DNA of 59,252 nt from Clostridia bacterium (GTDB lineage: Bacteria; Bacillota; Clostridia; Christensenellales; UBA1242): the NCBI GenBank assembly GCA_017619495.1, contig JAFZSF010000012.1:1-59252 (forward strand), given 5' to 3'. Both the position numbers and the translations under genes were made by a program. Numbering within the stretch: the first letter of the stretch is position 1; the number at the start of each line of letters is the position of its first letter. The notes under the pieces were generated by a model. It did not search any database, was not told the origin of the DNA, and worked only from the letters and a program-made list of their open reading frames with translations. Of the stretch, positions 1 to 8,330 are shown piece by piece.

Positions 1-33
1 ATGAAAGTGTTATTGTAACTAAAAGGAGAAAAA

Positions 34-1017
34 ATGAAACTATTCGGTCGCATTTTAGTTGGCATTGTGGCTATGGTTTTGGCGGGACTGGCAGTGTATG
101 GTGTTGGCGTAGTGATAAAAAACAACAATGACAAAAACAGTAACAATAATAGTAATGTAACGCTTTCAATCCAAGAAGCGCGCGAATTGGTGGACAAAGC
201 GTACACCGCATGTAAAGGTGATTCAAGCTCTTTGTCAACGGCGGCATTAAAAACACAAAGTGCGGTCGAAGAAGATCAAGATTATAATTTGCAAAACACA
301 ATACAAATGTTATTAATGTCGAAAATTGTTTTACAACAGGGCGGTGGTAAAGATGTGGGATTTATTAAGGGTGATAAAAGTGACACTCAACAAAGTGTGT
401 TTTATTTTGGCTATCGTTTAACAGCCACTGGTGTGGAAGTTAATTTGACTCTTGATTATGATGATGCTATTGAGAGTGATGAAGTACAAGATTCTCGAAC
501 AATTTTCGAAATTTATTATTTAGATGCAAAGAAGGAAACTTGGCAGTTTTCTATGTATCTTGGAGAAGTAAATAATGAACTTGGGGATAGAGCTGGTAAG
601 TTGGCATTTAACGAAAGTAACGAAAGTGATTGGTTATTAACTGTTAATGGAAAAAATTTTAAATTGCTTAAAGTTAGTATGGATCAATTTAAATTAACCA
701 AATCTGTGTATAGTGATAATTTAAATGTTAGTGACATAGATTGGGTGATGTATCAATCTTTTGATTATGTAACTAAACCAACCAGTTATGTGGTAAAGAT
801 TTATGGTGCTACTCAAGAGAAATACGATTATGTCGAACAAAATTATAACTATCTAGCGGCTGCTGATATGCAAGAATATACCACAGAAGAATTAAACCAA
901 CTCTTGGTAAACTATCGTCAAAGATTAGTCAATGCGTATTCGCCAAACTTCTACGAAGTTACCTGTGTTGAATATGATATTTGGAAAGAAGTAGCTCGCA
1001 TATCAGGCTTAAACTAA
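34..1017 (+). CDS. hypothetical N-terminally membrane-anchored protein (327 aa)
   Basis: Long ORF with an SD (aaaaggag) upstream of the ATG and an N-terminal hydrophobic helix (ILVGIVAMVLAGLAVYGVGVV). A hairpin plus T-run follows the stop. No family recognised. Confidence 0.6.
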   Translation: MKLFGRILVGIVAMVLAGLAVYGVGVVIKNNNDKNSNNNSNVTLSIQEARELVDKAYTACKGDSSSLSTAALKTQSAVEEDQDYNLQNTIQMLLMSKIVLQQGGGKDVGFIKGDKSDTQQSVFYFGYRLTATGVEVNLTLDYDDAIESDEVQDSRTIFEIYYLDAKKETWQFSMYLGEVNNELGDRAGKLAFNESNESDWLLTVNGKNFKLLKVSMDQFKLTKSVYSDNLNVSDIDWVMYQSFDYVTKPTSYVVKIYGATQEKYDYVEQNYNYLAAADMQEYTTEELNQLLVNYRQRLVNAYSPNFYEVTCVEYDIWKEVARISGLN

Positions 1018-1034
1018 TTGCTAAGATAATAAAC

Positions 1035-1063
1035 AAAAGGTAGGGCGGAAGTCCTACTTTTTT
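1035..1063 (+). terminator. rho-independent terminator
   Basis: aaaaGGTAGGgcggaagtCCTACtttttt hairpin followed by a T-run, directly after the stop of the 34-1017 ORF. Confidence 0.6.
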
Positions 1064-1217
1064 GTTGTGGCTGGGGAGGTCGTCGTTGCGGTGGGTGCGT
1101 TTTTTGGGGTTGAGCGTGAAGCGGAAAAAGTGCCAGAAACGGCAGATTTTATTTGTCGTTTTTTGGGTTTAGTTATATAATAATTTTTATATAAAAAAGG
1201 AGAGAAAAAGATAAAAA

Positions 1218-2501
1218 ATGAAAATTGAAAAGATTGTTGCTAGTGAAATTTTAGACAGTCGTGGTAATCCGACCGTCACCGTTTGGGTCAATGGACACCA
1301 AGCTAGTGTGCCCAGTGGGGCTTCGACTGGTGAATGGGAAGCAGTTGAATTGCGCGATGGAGATAAAAAACGTTTCAACGGTAAAGGTGTTTTGAAAGCC
1401 GTAGAAAATGTTAATAAAATTATTGCGCCAGCATTTATTGGTAAAGATGTGAGCGAACAAATCAAAATTGACCGTGAATTGTGTCATTTGGACGGTACCA
1501 ACAATAAAGGCAAATTGGGTGCCAACGCGATCTTGGGTGTTTCTTGTGCTTGTGCTTATGCGGCAGCTGCCGATAAAGGTCAAGAACCATTTGAATACAT
1601 TGCCGATTTGTATGCAGAAGTCGGTGGTAAACGCGCACCGTTAGTTAAGGGTAAAGCTCCAGTGGTTAACACGATTCCTAGTTTTAACATTATTAATGGT
1701 GGTAAACACGCGGACAGCGGTATTGACTGTCAAGAATTTATGATTCAACCCATCAGTGGTAAAACCTTCGCCGACAAAGTACGTATGGCTTCCGAAATTA
1801 CGGCGGCTTTGAAAAAGATTTTGGCGGACAAAGGTTTGGTAACTGCGGTTGGTGACGAAGGTGGCTTTGCACCACGCTTGGACACTAAGAGTCCCATCGC
1901 TGGTGCGATTGAATTGATTGAAGCTGCGATTGAAAAAGCCGGTTATACTCCAGTGAAAGATGTTGTCGTAGCTTTGGATGTGGCTGCTTCGGAATTCTAT
2001 GACCGTGAAACTGGTCACTATGTCATGAAAGGTGAAAAACAAGATTTGCCAAGTGGTGAATATGTGGAATACATTGCTAACTTAGTTGAAAAGTATCCAA
2101 TCTTGAAATCCATTGAAGATCCGTTGGATCAAAACGACTGGGAAGGTTATGCTGCTTTAACCAAACGCATTGGTAACAAAATCACCATCGTGGGTGACGA
2201 TTTCTTCGTTACGAACAAGGAACGCTTGGCCAAAGGTATCAACATGGGCGCCTGTAACGCGATATTAATCAAATTGAACCAAATTGGTTCTTTGACCGAA
2301 ACTTTGGAAACCATCGCTTTGGCGAAAAATAATAACTACAAAGTAATGATTTCACATCGTAGCGGTGAAACCAGTGATACGATTATTGCGGATTTGGCAG
2401 TCGCAACCGACGCTGAATTCATTAAATCAGGTGCGCCAGTGCGTGGCGAACGCGTTTGCAAATATAACCGTATCATGACAATTGAACGCGGGATTCGTTA
2501 A
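1218..2501 (+). CDS. eno: enolase (phosphopyruvate hydratase)
   Basis: The 427-aa translation carries enolase hallmarks (ILDSRGNPTV, ILIKLNQIGSLTET, SHRSGETSD). A strong SD (aaaaggagag) lies upstream. Confidence 0.97.
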   Translation: MKIEKIVASEILDSRGNPTVTVWVNGHQASVPSGASTGEWEAVELRDGDKKRFNGKGVLKAVENVNKIIAPAFIGKDVSEQIKIDRELCHLDGTNNKGKLGANAILGVSCACAYAAAADKGQEPFEYIADLYAEVGGKRAPLVKGKAPVVNTIPSFNIINGGKHADSGIDCQEFMIQPISGKTFADKVRMASEITAALKKILADKGLVTAVGDEGGFAPRLDTKSPIAGAIELIEAAIEKAGYTPVKDVVVALDVAASEFYDRETGHYVMKGEKQDLPSGEYVEYIANLVEKYPILKSIEDPLDQNDWEGYAALTKRIGNKITIVGDDFFVTNKERLAKGINMGACNAILIKLNQIGSLTETLETIALAKNNNYKVMISHRSGETSDTIIADLAVATDAEFIKSGAPVRGERVCKYNRIMTIERGIR

Positions 2502-2521
2502 TCATTAACTGGTAAATTACT

Positions 2522-2552
2522 AAAAACACCGTCAAATTGGCGGTGTTTTTTT
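2522..2552 (+). terminator. eno terminator, an intact copy of the hairpin that is split at 2994/4631
   Basis: AAAAACACCGtcaaattgGCGGTGTTTTTTT: a perfect stem plus T7. Confidence 0.8.
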
Positions 2553-2619
2553 GTCGGGGTATTGACTTTTAATTTAAGTAGCATATAATAAAACCAAATT
2601 AGAAAGGAGAAGAACAAAT

Positions 2620-2982
2620 ATGCCAAATAAGTTGGGAGAAATGACTTTTGAAGAAGTGGTTAGTGAATTACAGTTGGCGAACCCCAAAGCTAACATAACT
2701 GTCAACATGATGAGTGATGGACCGGTTGGTATTGTCAGTAACTGTTCGGCGGTTAAACTTGCTTTGCCACGCGATTTTTATGTCACACGCGCTGGCAGTA
2801 TATCTAATTACGGTAATACCGAAAGTGGTAATTACCTTTCAATCAATGTAGCAGTCAGAAATACGGAATTGAATCAAACTAAATTAAGTAAATTAAAATT
2901 CTTTGACAAAATGAAATGTAAATTATTTGCGCGTAAGGCACAAGTTTCCGTGGCCGAAGAACAACATAATCGCGAAATGTAA
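2620..2982 (+). CDS. hypothetical protein (120 aa)
   Basis: ORF with a TTGACT/TATAAT promoter (about 2563-2592) and an SD (gaaaggag). No family recognised. Confidence 0.55.
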   Translation: MPNKLGEMTFEEVVSELQLANPKANITVNMMSDGPVGIVSNCSAVKLALPRDFYVTRAGSISNYGNTESGNYLSINVAVRNTELNQTKLSKLKFFDKMKCKLFARKAQVSVAEEQHNREM

Positions 2983-3007
2983 TTAAAACAATCAAAAACA
3001 CCGTCAA

Positions 3008-3070
3008 TAGTTAGTGCATTTTGAAACTAGCGGAATAAAAAGAACTCTACTGTTTAGTTGGGTTCTTTTT
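3008..3070 (+). repeat. left-end repeat copy A (terminus plus subterminal hairpin)
   Basis: TAGTTAGTGCATTTTGAAACTAGCGGAAT followed by the hairpin AAAAAGAAC...GTTCTTTTT. It matches copies at 17636 and 43412, and in inverted form at 4588-4612 and 19046-19071. Confidence 0.8.
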
Positions 3071-3144
3071 ATTGTGGGGTAATATTGACTTTCGATAACT
3101 TGATATGTTATCATTACAGTCAAATCAAAAAGGAGAATCATAAA

Positions 3145-3615
3145 ATGTCAAACGAGAAAAAAGGTGAATTGATTACATCGGTCAAATCTGGTAATGGATT
3201 AAAAATATTATCTGATTTAGAAGCACGAGCCAAGATGGATAGTTTCGGATTTGATAATTTGTATTACTTAGATATTGATTACAAAACCCAGGCACAAGCT
3301 GATTATATGCAAGAAAAGTATGGTAATGAATATAGTTATGGAAAAAACGAGTATATGCAATATTGGGGTTGTGTTAATGCAGAAACTGATAATCAAAAAA
3401 CTGGAAGTTTTATAACCACTGATAAAATGTTATTTAAAAATCTTGTTTATCACTTCATTAATGACGAAAAAATGACTGTATCAGCGTGGACAAAAAAATT
3501 TGCCAATAGTTATAATCCACAAGAAGATTGGAGCAACCTTCTCGGATGTCTTGTTAAGGATATGGCAGAAAGAAGAAATAAAATAAACACGGAATGTGCT
3601 AGTACAAACAAGTAA
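3145..3615 (+). CDS. hypothetical protein (156 aa), cassette cargo
   Basis: ATG preceded by an SD (aaaaaggaga). The longer ORF from 3058 would run through the promoter-like TTGACT...TTATCAT. AT-rich by eye. No family recognised. Confidence 0.55.
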   Translation: MSNEKKGELITSVKSGNGLKILSDLEARAKMDSFGFDNLYYLDIDYKTQAQADYMQEKYGNEYSYGKNEYMQYWGCVNAETDNQKTGSFITTDKMLFKNLVYHFINDEKMTVSAWTKKFANSYNPQEDWSNLLGCLVKDMAERRNKINTECASTNK

Positions 3616-3660
3616 TTATATAATAAAATGACCCGCAGTAATGGGTCATTTTTATTTGAA

Positions 3661-4470
3661 TTAGTTGTTAATCGCATTGACCAAATCGCTATGGATTTTC
3701 CCGTTCGTTACTAACATGGTATCGACATTTTCGCGTGGATTGCCTGCTAGATTGGTAACTTTGCCGCCGGCTTCTTGCACCAACAGTTTGCCCGCCGCCG
3801 AACTTAAACCAATACTGGGTTTTACATTCAAAACACCGTCTGTTTTACCCGCAGCACACCAAGCCAATTCAATTGCTGAAGAAACAATTAAGCGTAAACC
3901 ACGCACTTTAGGTGCCAATTTACCTTCAACATTTAATACATCTTGAATGTGTTTTTCGCTATAATGTGAAGTTAAACAAAATGACACAATACTGTCCTTT
4001 AATTGGGTAGTGCTAGAAACATGAATTGGTTTTTCATTGCAAAACGCGCCTTGTCTTTTGATACATGTGTAAACATCGTTTTGACTGTAATCATAAATCA
4101 CACCTAAAATTGCTTCACCATTTTTACGCAAAGCAACAGTAGTTGAAAACAATGGAATGCCAGCGGCAAAGTTAATCGTGCCATCAATTGGGTCAATTAA
4201 CCATTCGTATTCACTGTCATTTTTAATTTGTCCACATTCTTCGGCTAAAATCGAATGGGTTGGAAACCATTGTTTAATAGCATCAACAATTTTCTTTTCC
4301 ATAAAAACATCAACATCGGTAACTATGTCGTTCAATTCTTTGTTCTGGATATTTTTGTTTTTAATTGTTTGTGATTCTTGATAAGCGTTTTTAATCAAAT
4401 CAGCTAATTTTGTAGTGAGTTTGAAATCAATTTCCATATTTAATGGTATCATGAAATGATTATTAATCAT
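3661..4470 (-). CDS. inositol monophosphatase (IMPase/SuhB/CysQ) family protein, cassette cargo
   Basis: Contains LAEECG and WLIDPIDGTINF motifs and a C-terminal ...SSAAGKLLVQEAGG motif. The start is ambiguous (M1, M7 or M12). Confidence 0.8.
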   Translation of the reverse strand: MINNHFMIPLNMEIDFKLTTKLADLIKNAYQESQTIKNKNIQNKELNDIVTDVDVFMEKKIVDAIKQWFPTHSILAEECGQIKNDSEYEWLIDPIDGTINFAAGIPLFSTTVALRKNGEAILGVIYDYSQNDVYTCIKRQGAFCNEKPIHVSSTTQLKDSIVSFCLTSHYSEKHIQDVLNVEGKLAPKVRGLRLIVSSAIELAWCAAGKTDGVLNVKPSIGLSSAAGKLLVQEAGGKVTNLAGNPRENVDTMLVTNGKIHSDLVNAINN

Positions 4471-4485
4471 AATAATTTTTAATTA

Positions 4486-4587
4486 TGGCAGTTAAACATG
4501 TGCTTGTCTATATACAAGTGGCGTCGCTTCGCTCCGCTAAAGACAAGCACAAAAAGTGTGTGCTTGTAAACAAGCGCACGCACTTTT
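4486..4587. repeat. right-end internal module with CTTGT/ACAAG hairpins, shared with 18822-18863
   Basis: TGGCAGTTAAACATGTGCTTGT ... GTGTGTGCTTGTAAACAAGCGCACGCACTTTT. The same sequence, minus a ~53-nt internal expansion, occurs at 18822-18863. In both places it lies directly 5' of a minus-strand cargo gene. Confidence 0.7.
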
Positions 4588-4612
4588 CGCAAGTTTCAAA
4601 AGTTAGTGACTA
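4588..4612 (-). repeat. right-end repeat copy E (inverted terminus)
   Basis: The reverse complement TAGTCACTAACTTTTGAAACTTGCG aligns with the left-end copies and best with copy D. Confidence 0.75.
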
Positions 4613-4750
4613 TTGGGCGGTGTTTTTTTTTGTTAGGTAGCGTTTGGGGAGCATGATAAACTGGGGTAGTGAAAAAGAAACTAATTAAAGTTATTGTTGA
4701 AATTGTGATTGCCGCGGTTTTGTTAATCGTGGTAGCGACACATAAATAGT

Positions 4751-5377
4751 TTATTGTACAAAATTGGTAAAAGTGGTTTTGACTTGTGCTGGGGCGGTAA
4801 TGCCTTGTTGTTTGCCCGCAGCGATACATTTTAACAGCCACGCCATGTTATTACCGAGATGTGTTAAAACTTGTAAGCCTTCCGTGTCAGCGGTAGGAGT
4901 GCCGTTGGCGTCACGGTAAATTTGGTTCCAATAACTGGACGCGACAACGGGCATTTGGTTAATTGTAAAGTATTTATTAATGATATCCATGCTAGCGGTA
5001 GTGCCGGCGCGGCGGGCGGTCAAGACTGCGGCGGCAGGTTTGTGACGGAAAAATTGGCTGCCCGCGTAAAACATGCGATCCATCGCGGATAATAAAGCGC
5101 CAGTGGGGTGGGCGTAGTAAACGGGACTGCCAAAAACGAAACCGTCCGCAGCTTTGACTTTTTCCAGCCAAGTATTGACGCAATCGTCATGGAAAACACA
5201 GGCGGGTGTGCCTTTTTTGCAGCCACCACAAGCAATACAGTCGTGGACGGCTTGGGAGCCGATGGATAAAATCCCGGTGTCAATGCCTTGTTGGTTGAGA
5301 GTTTGCGCTACGATGTTTAGGGCTTGTGCGGTGCAACCGTGGGGGTGTGTGCTACCATTAAATAAAATTACTTTCAT
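4751..5377 (-). CDS. flavodoxin-like fold NAD(P)H-dependent FMN reductase / iron-sulfur flavoprotein family protein
   Basis: MKVILFNGSTHPHG N-terminus, a Cys cluster (CIACGGC...C) and a GSPVYY motif, all typical of this family. Confidence 0.8.
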   Translation of the reverse strand: MKVILFNGSTHPHGCTAQALNIVAQTLNQQGIDTGILSIGSQAVHDCIACGGCKKGTPACVFHDDCVNTWLEKVKAADGFVFGSPVYYAHPTGALLSAMDRMFYAGSQFFRHKPAAAVLTARRAGTTASMDIINKYFTINQMPVVASSYWNQIYRDANGTPTADTEGLQVLTHLGNNMAWLLKCIAAGKQQGITAPAQVKTTFTNFVQ

Positions 5378-5466
5378 AATAATTCATATTAGGCAGTCGC
5401 GCCGAAATTGTCAATCGTGGGTAATTTATGCCTTGTAAAATTTTGTCGAAGTGCTATAATGCCAAT

Positions 5467-6471
5467 ATGAATTGGCAATCAATGTGGCAGACAATGGTAA
5501 ATTTCTTCCGTGGCAATGTATGGAATATTGTGACCTTTATTGCGGTTTTAGTACTGGGCGTGGTCGCAATTAAATTGTTACTAAATATTATGAAGCGTTT
5601 ATTTCGTCGGACCCATTTAGAACCGATTGCGGTGGGCTTCATTATGGCAATCATTAAGTTCTTGTTGTATTTGATGCTAGTGATTGTGTTACTGGAAATT
5701 TTGGGCATTGGTATTACTTGGATTGTAACGGCATTTAGTGCGGTTTTCTTAGCGGTAGGTTTGGCGTTGCAAAACAATATTGCGAACTTAGCTAACGGAA
5801 TTATTATCGTTTCCAGTGGTATGTTCAAAAAGGGCGACTATATCGCGGTGGACGGAGTGGAAGGTTCGATTGCGCAAATCAATTTTCTTTATATTACTTT
5901 AATGACACCAGATAATAAACGCATTACGATTCCGAATAACAAAATTTTGAATGATATTGTCACTAATTATGACAGCAATAACACGCGCCGTGTAAATTTT
6001 GAATTTGAAGTTGGTTACGCAAATGATGTGGAATTAGTAAAAAATACAGTCATTGAATGTATGAAAAGCAATGGTATGGTGCGTTTGGAACCAGCGCCAT
6101 TTTGCCGTATGAAGGCAATGGGAGATAATAACTTGGTGTTTGTGGCGCGTTGCTGGTGTGACCGTGAAGATTATTGGAATGTTTATTATGACATGATGGA
6201 AACGGTTTTCAATGAATTTAAACGCCGCGGTATTTCAATTGACTATAACCAAATTGAAGTACGCGAACGCAATGACAATCCCGCTAATCCAGTAACTGGT
6301 AATGGTCTACCAGTGCGCGTAGAAAAACAACGCAAAAACAAACACCATTTTGATTTGGAAAATAGCGATTTAACCGAATTATTTCCGATTAAGCGTAAGT
6401 CCAAAAAAACTACTAAGACAACAGAAACGGTAACAACAAGTACACCGAAAGCATCAAATGTCCAAAAGTAA
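5467..6471 (+). CDS. mechanosensitive ion channel (MscS family)
   Basis: N-terminal TM helices followed by GDYIAVDGVEGSIAQINFLYITLMTPDNKRITIPNNKI, the MscS beta-domain signature. The start is set at the ATG 6 nt after TGcTATAAT (5452-5460). Confidence 0.85.
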   Translation: MNWQSMWQTMVNFFRGNVWNIVTFIAVLVLGVVAIKLLLNIMKRLFRRTHLEPIAVGFIMAIIKFLLYLMLVIVLLEILGIGITWIVTAFSAVFLAVGLALQNNIANLANGIIIVSSGMFKKGDYIAVDGVEGSIAQINFLYITLMTPDNKRITIPNNKILNDIVTNYDSNNTRRVNFEFEVGYANDVELVKNTVIECMKSNGMVRLEPAPFCRMKAMGDNNLVFVARCWCDREDYWNVYYDMMETVFNEFKRRGISIDYNQIEVRERNDNPANPVTGNGLPVRVEKQRKNKHHFDLENSDLTELFPIKRKSKKTTKTTETVTTSTPKASNVQK

Positions 6472-6511
6472 TTGATTGGACGGAGTACGCATTTTTGGCT
6501 ATAATTAAAGT

Positions 6512-7240
6512 ATGAAGATTTTTAGCATACGACAAACTATTGGTGCGGGGGCGTGTGATCCGAGTGGTCGCTTGTCTTTGGTCGGAGCGTTGACTTTAAT
6601 TGAAGATGTGGTGACCGCCACCATGGCAAAGTTGAAAATTGATGGTTTTACCGTGCGTCGCCAGTATGGTGCTTTGATGGTATTTTCCAAAAATCATTTG
6701 AAATTTTTGCAAGATATTAATTGGCAAGATAAAGTTGTGGTGTCATGTTACTTTACAATGCAGTCTGCCGCTCGTATGAATGCTGATATTTGCGTGAAAA
6801 AAGGTGGCAAAATAGCTTTATATGCGCGGACGGAAATTTGCGCGGTTGATGCTACGACTGGTCGCATTCGTCGTATGAATTCAGTGGGAGTTGATAACCG
6901 TGTAAAACTGGTTAAGGCACAATATGATTTGCCATGGAACGCCATGGACGGTGAAGGTGAATTAAAGGAAACGGCAACAGTGCGTACGGGAAATATTGAC
7001 TACGCAGGACACACGAATAATGTAGAATATATTCGTATGTTGCTGGATACTTTTACATTGGAAGAATGGCGTGGTATGGCACCGCAAGAATTACAAGTGG
7101 CTTATTTGAGTCAATCCTTTTTAGGAGACCAATTAGCCATTTGGGCGGTGGATAATCAGTTAGACGCTAATACGCACGAACGCATATATACGATTAAAAA
7201 AGACCAACAAGCTGTGTTACGCTGTGCAGTGCGTTGGTAA
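6512..7240 (+). CDS. acyl-ACP thioesterase family protein (hot-dog fold)
   Basis: Size and layout fit two hot-dog repeats (CDPSGRLSLVGALTLIED...; DYAGHTNNVEYIRMLLD), as in acyl-ACP thioesterases. Confidence 0.65.
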   Translation: MKIFSIRQTIGAGACDPSGRLSLVGALTLIEDVVTATMAKLKIDGFTVRRQYGALMVFSKNHLKFLQDINWQDKVVVSCYFTMQSAARMNADICVKKGGKIALYARTEICAVDATTGRIRRMNSVGVDNRVKLVKAQYDLPWNAMDGEGELKETATVRTGNIDYAGHTNNVEYIRMLLDTFTLEEWRGMAPQELQVAYLSQSFLGDQLAIWAVDNQLDANTHERIYTIKKDQQAVLRCAVRW

Positions 7241-7255
7241 GGAGAAAAGTAACTG

Positions 7256-8329
7256 ATGAAAATTATTCACTGTGCCGACTTACACCTTGACAGTAAAATG
7301 GAAACCAACTTATCGCTGATTAAGGCGCATGAACGCAAAATTGAGATTTTGCATACTTTTGAACGCATGGTGGATTACGCTGCGGAACACGCAGTGAATG
7401 CAATTATCATTGCTGGTGATATGTTTGACACCTCACGCGTGATGAATTCGACCAAAAACCGTGTTTTGAATACGATTAAAAAATACCCACAGATTGATTT
7501 CTTGTATTTAAGTGGTAACCACGATGAAAGTAATTTCATCGCGATGTTAGACGAAGTACCCGCTAATTTGAAAATTTTCGGGGAATCATGGACTAGTTAT
7601 GATTATACTGGGGTGACAATTAGTGGCGTAGTTTTAAGTAGCAGTAACCGTAAGACAATCTATGATACCTTGCGTTTGTCGAATGACCATTTGAACATTG
7701 TGGTGATGCACGGACAAATCGGGCAATACGACGCTAAAGACCAAGCCGAAGTGATTAACTTGAACCAATTAAAACACAAACATATTGACTATTTAGCGTT
7801 GGGGCATATCCATAGTTATACCCAAGGAAAATTGGACCAACGCGGAACATATTGTTATGCCGGTTGTTTAGAGGGGCGTGGTTTTGATGAATGTGGGGCA
7901 AAGGGTTTTGTCTTATTAGATACGGCGGGTGGTGTTATTAAAAGTAAATTTATACCTTTTGCCGCCCGACAAATGATTGAGTTGCCCTTTGATATAACAC
8001 CGTATGCTGATTGGTTTGCGATTGAAGATCAAATCTTAGCGCGAACAAAAGTTTTTCCCGACAGGGATTTAATCCGAGTGGTTTTGCAAGGTAAATACAA
8101 AATGTCTATGGAAAAACATTTGGGTATGCTGGAACAAAAACTCGACCGTTTTTATTGTGTCAAAGTTAAAGATGATTCGGTGTTAGATGTGACCGAAGCC
8201 GATGTCGCGCACGATATTTCTTTGCGTGGTGAATTTGTGCGTCAGGTATTGCAGAGTGACTTATCAGCAGAAGCAAAAGAACAAACCATTTTAGTGGGTT
8301 TGCGGGCTTTAAGCGGGGAGGATTTATAA
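7256..8329 (+). CDS. metallophosphoesterase, SbcD/Mre11-like DNA repair exonuclease (YhaO type)
   Basis: HCADLHLD, GDMFD, GNHD and GH motifs. It is translationally coupled to the downstream Rad50-like ATPase. Confidence 0.85.
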   Translation: MKIIHCADLHLDSKMETNLSLIKAHERKIEILHTFERMVDYAAEHAVNAIIIAGDMFDTSRVMNSTKNRVLNTIKKYPQIDFLYLSGNHDESNFIAMLDEVPANLKIFGESWTSYDYTGVTISGVVLSSSNRKTIYDTLRLSNDHLNIVVMHGQIGQYDAKDQAEVINLNQLKHKHIDYLALGHIHSYTQGKLDQRGTYCYAGCLEGRGFDECGAKGFVLLDTAGGVIKSKFIPFAARQMIELPFDITPYADWFAIEDQILARTKVFPDRDLIRVVLQGKYKMSMEKHLGMLEQKLDRFYCVKVKDDSVLDVTEADVAHDISLRGEFVRQVLQSDLSAEAKEQTILVGLRALSGEDL

Positions 8330-8330
8330 G

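Larger units (their letters stand above)
3008..4612. mobile_element. candidate 1.6-kb cassette bounded by imperfect inverted termini and sitting inside a split terminator hairpin; cargo is a 156-aa ORF plus an IMPase-family gene
   Basis: Starts TAGTTAGTGCATTTTGAAACTAGCGG and ends CGCAAGTTTCAAAAGTTAGTGACTA. The flanks AAAAACACCGTCAA and TTGGGCGGTGTTTTTTTTT join into a near copy of the eno terminator. No transposase is present. Confidence 0.45.

Noticed and set aside
1251-2042. Antisense ORFs (110 and 133 aa) inside eno. Similar cases are 3665-3946 and 4157-4381 inside the IMPase gene, 8800-9117 inside yhaN, 23406-23765 inside smc, and 38208-38903 inside ffh.
   Set aside because: They lie fully within, and on the opposite strand to or out of frame with, genes that have unmistakable family signatures. 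They have no SD or promoter, and their composition is typical of shadow ORFs.
4596-4841. An 81-aa minus-strand ORF spanning the flavodoxin 3' end and the repeat copy E.
   Set aside because: It overlaps the C-terminus of a well-supported gene and the repeat/terminator region. It has no SD and a low-complexity translation.
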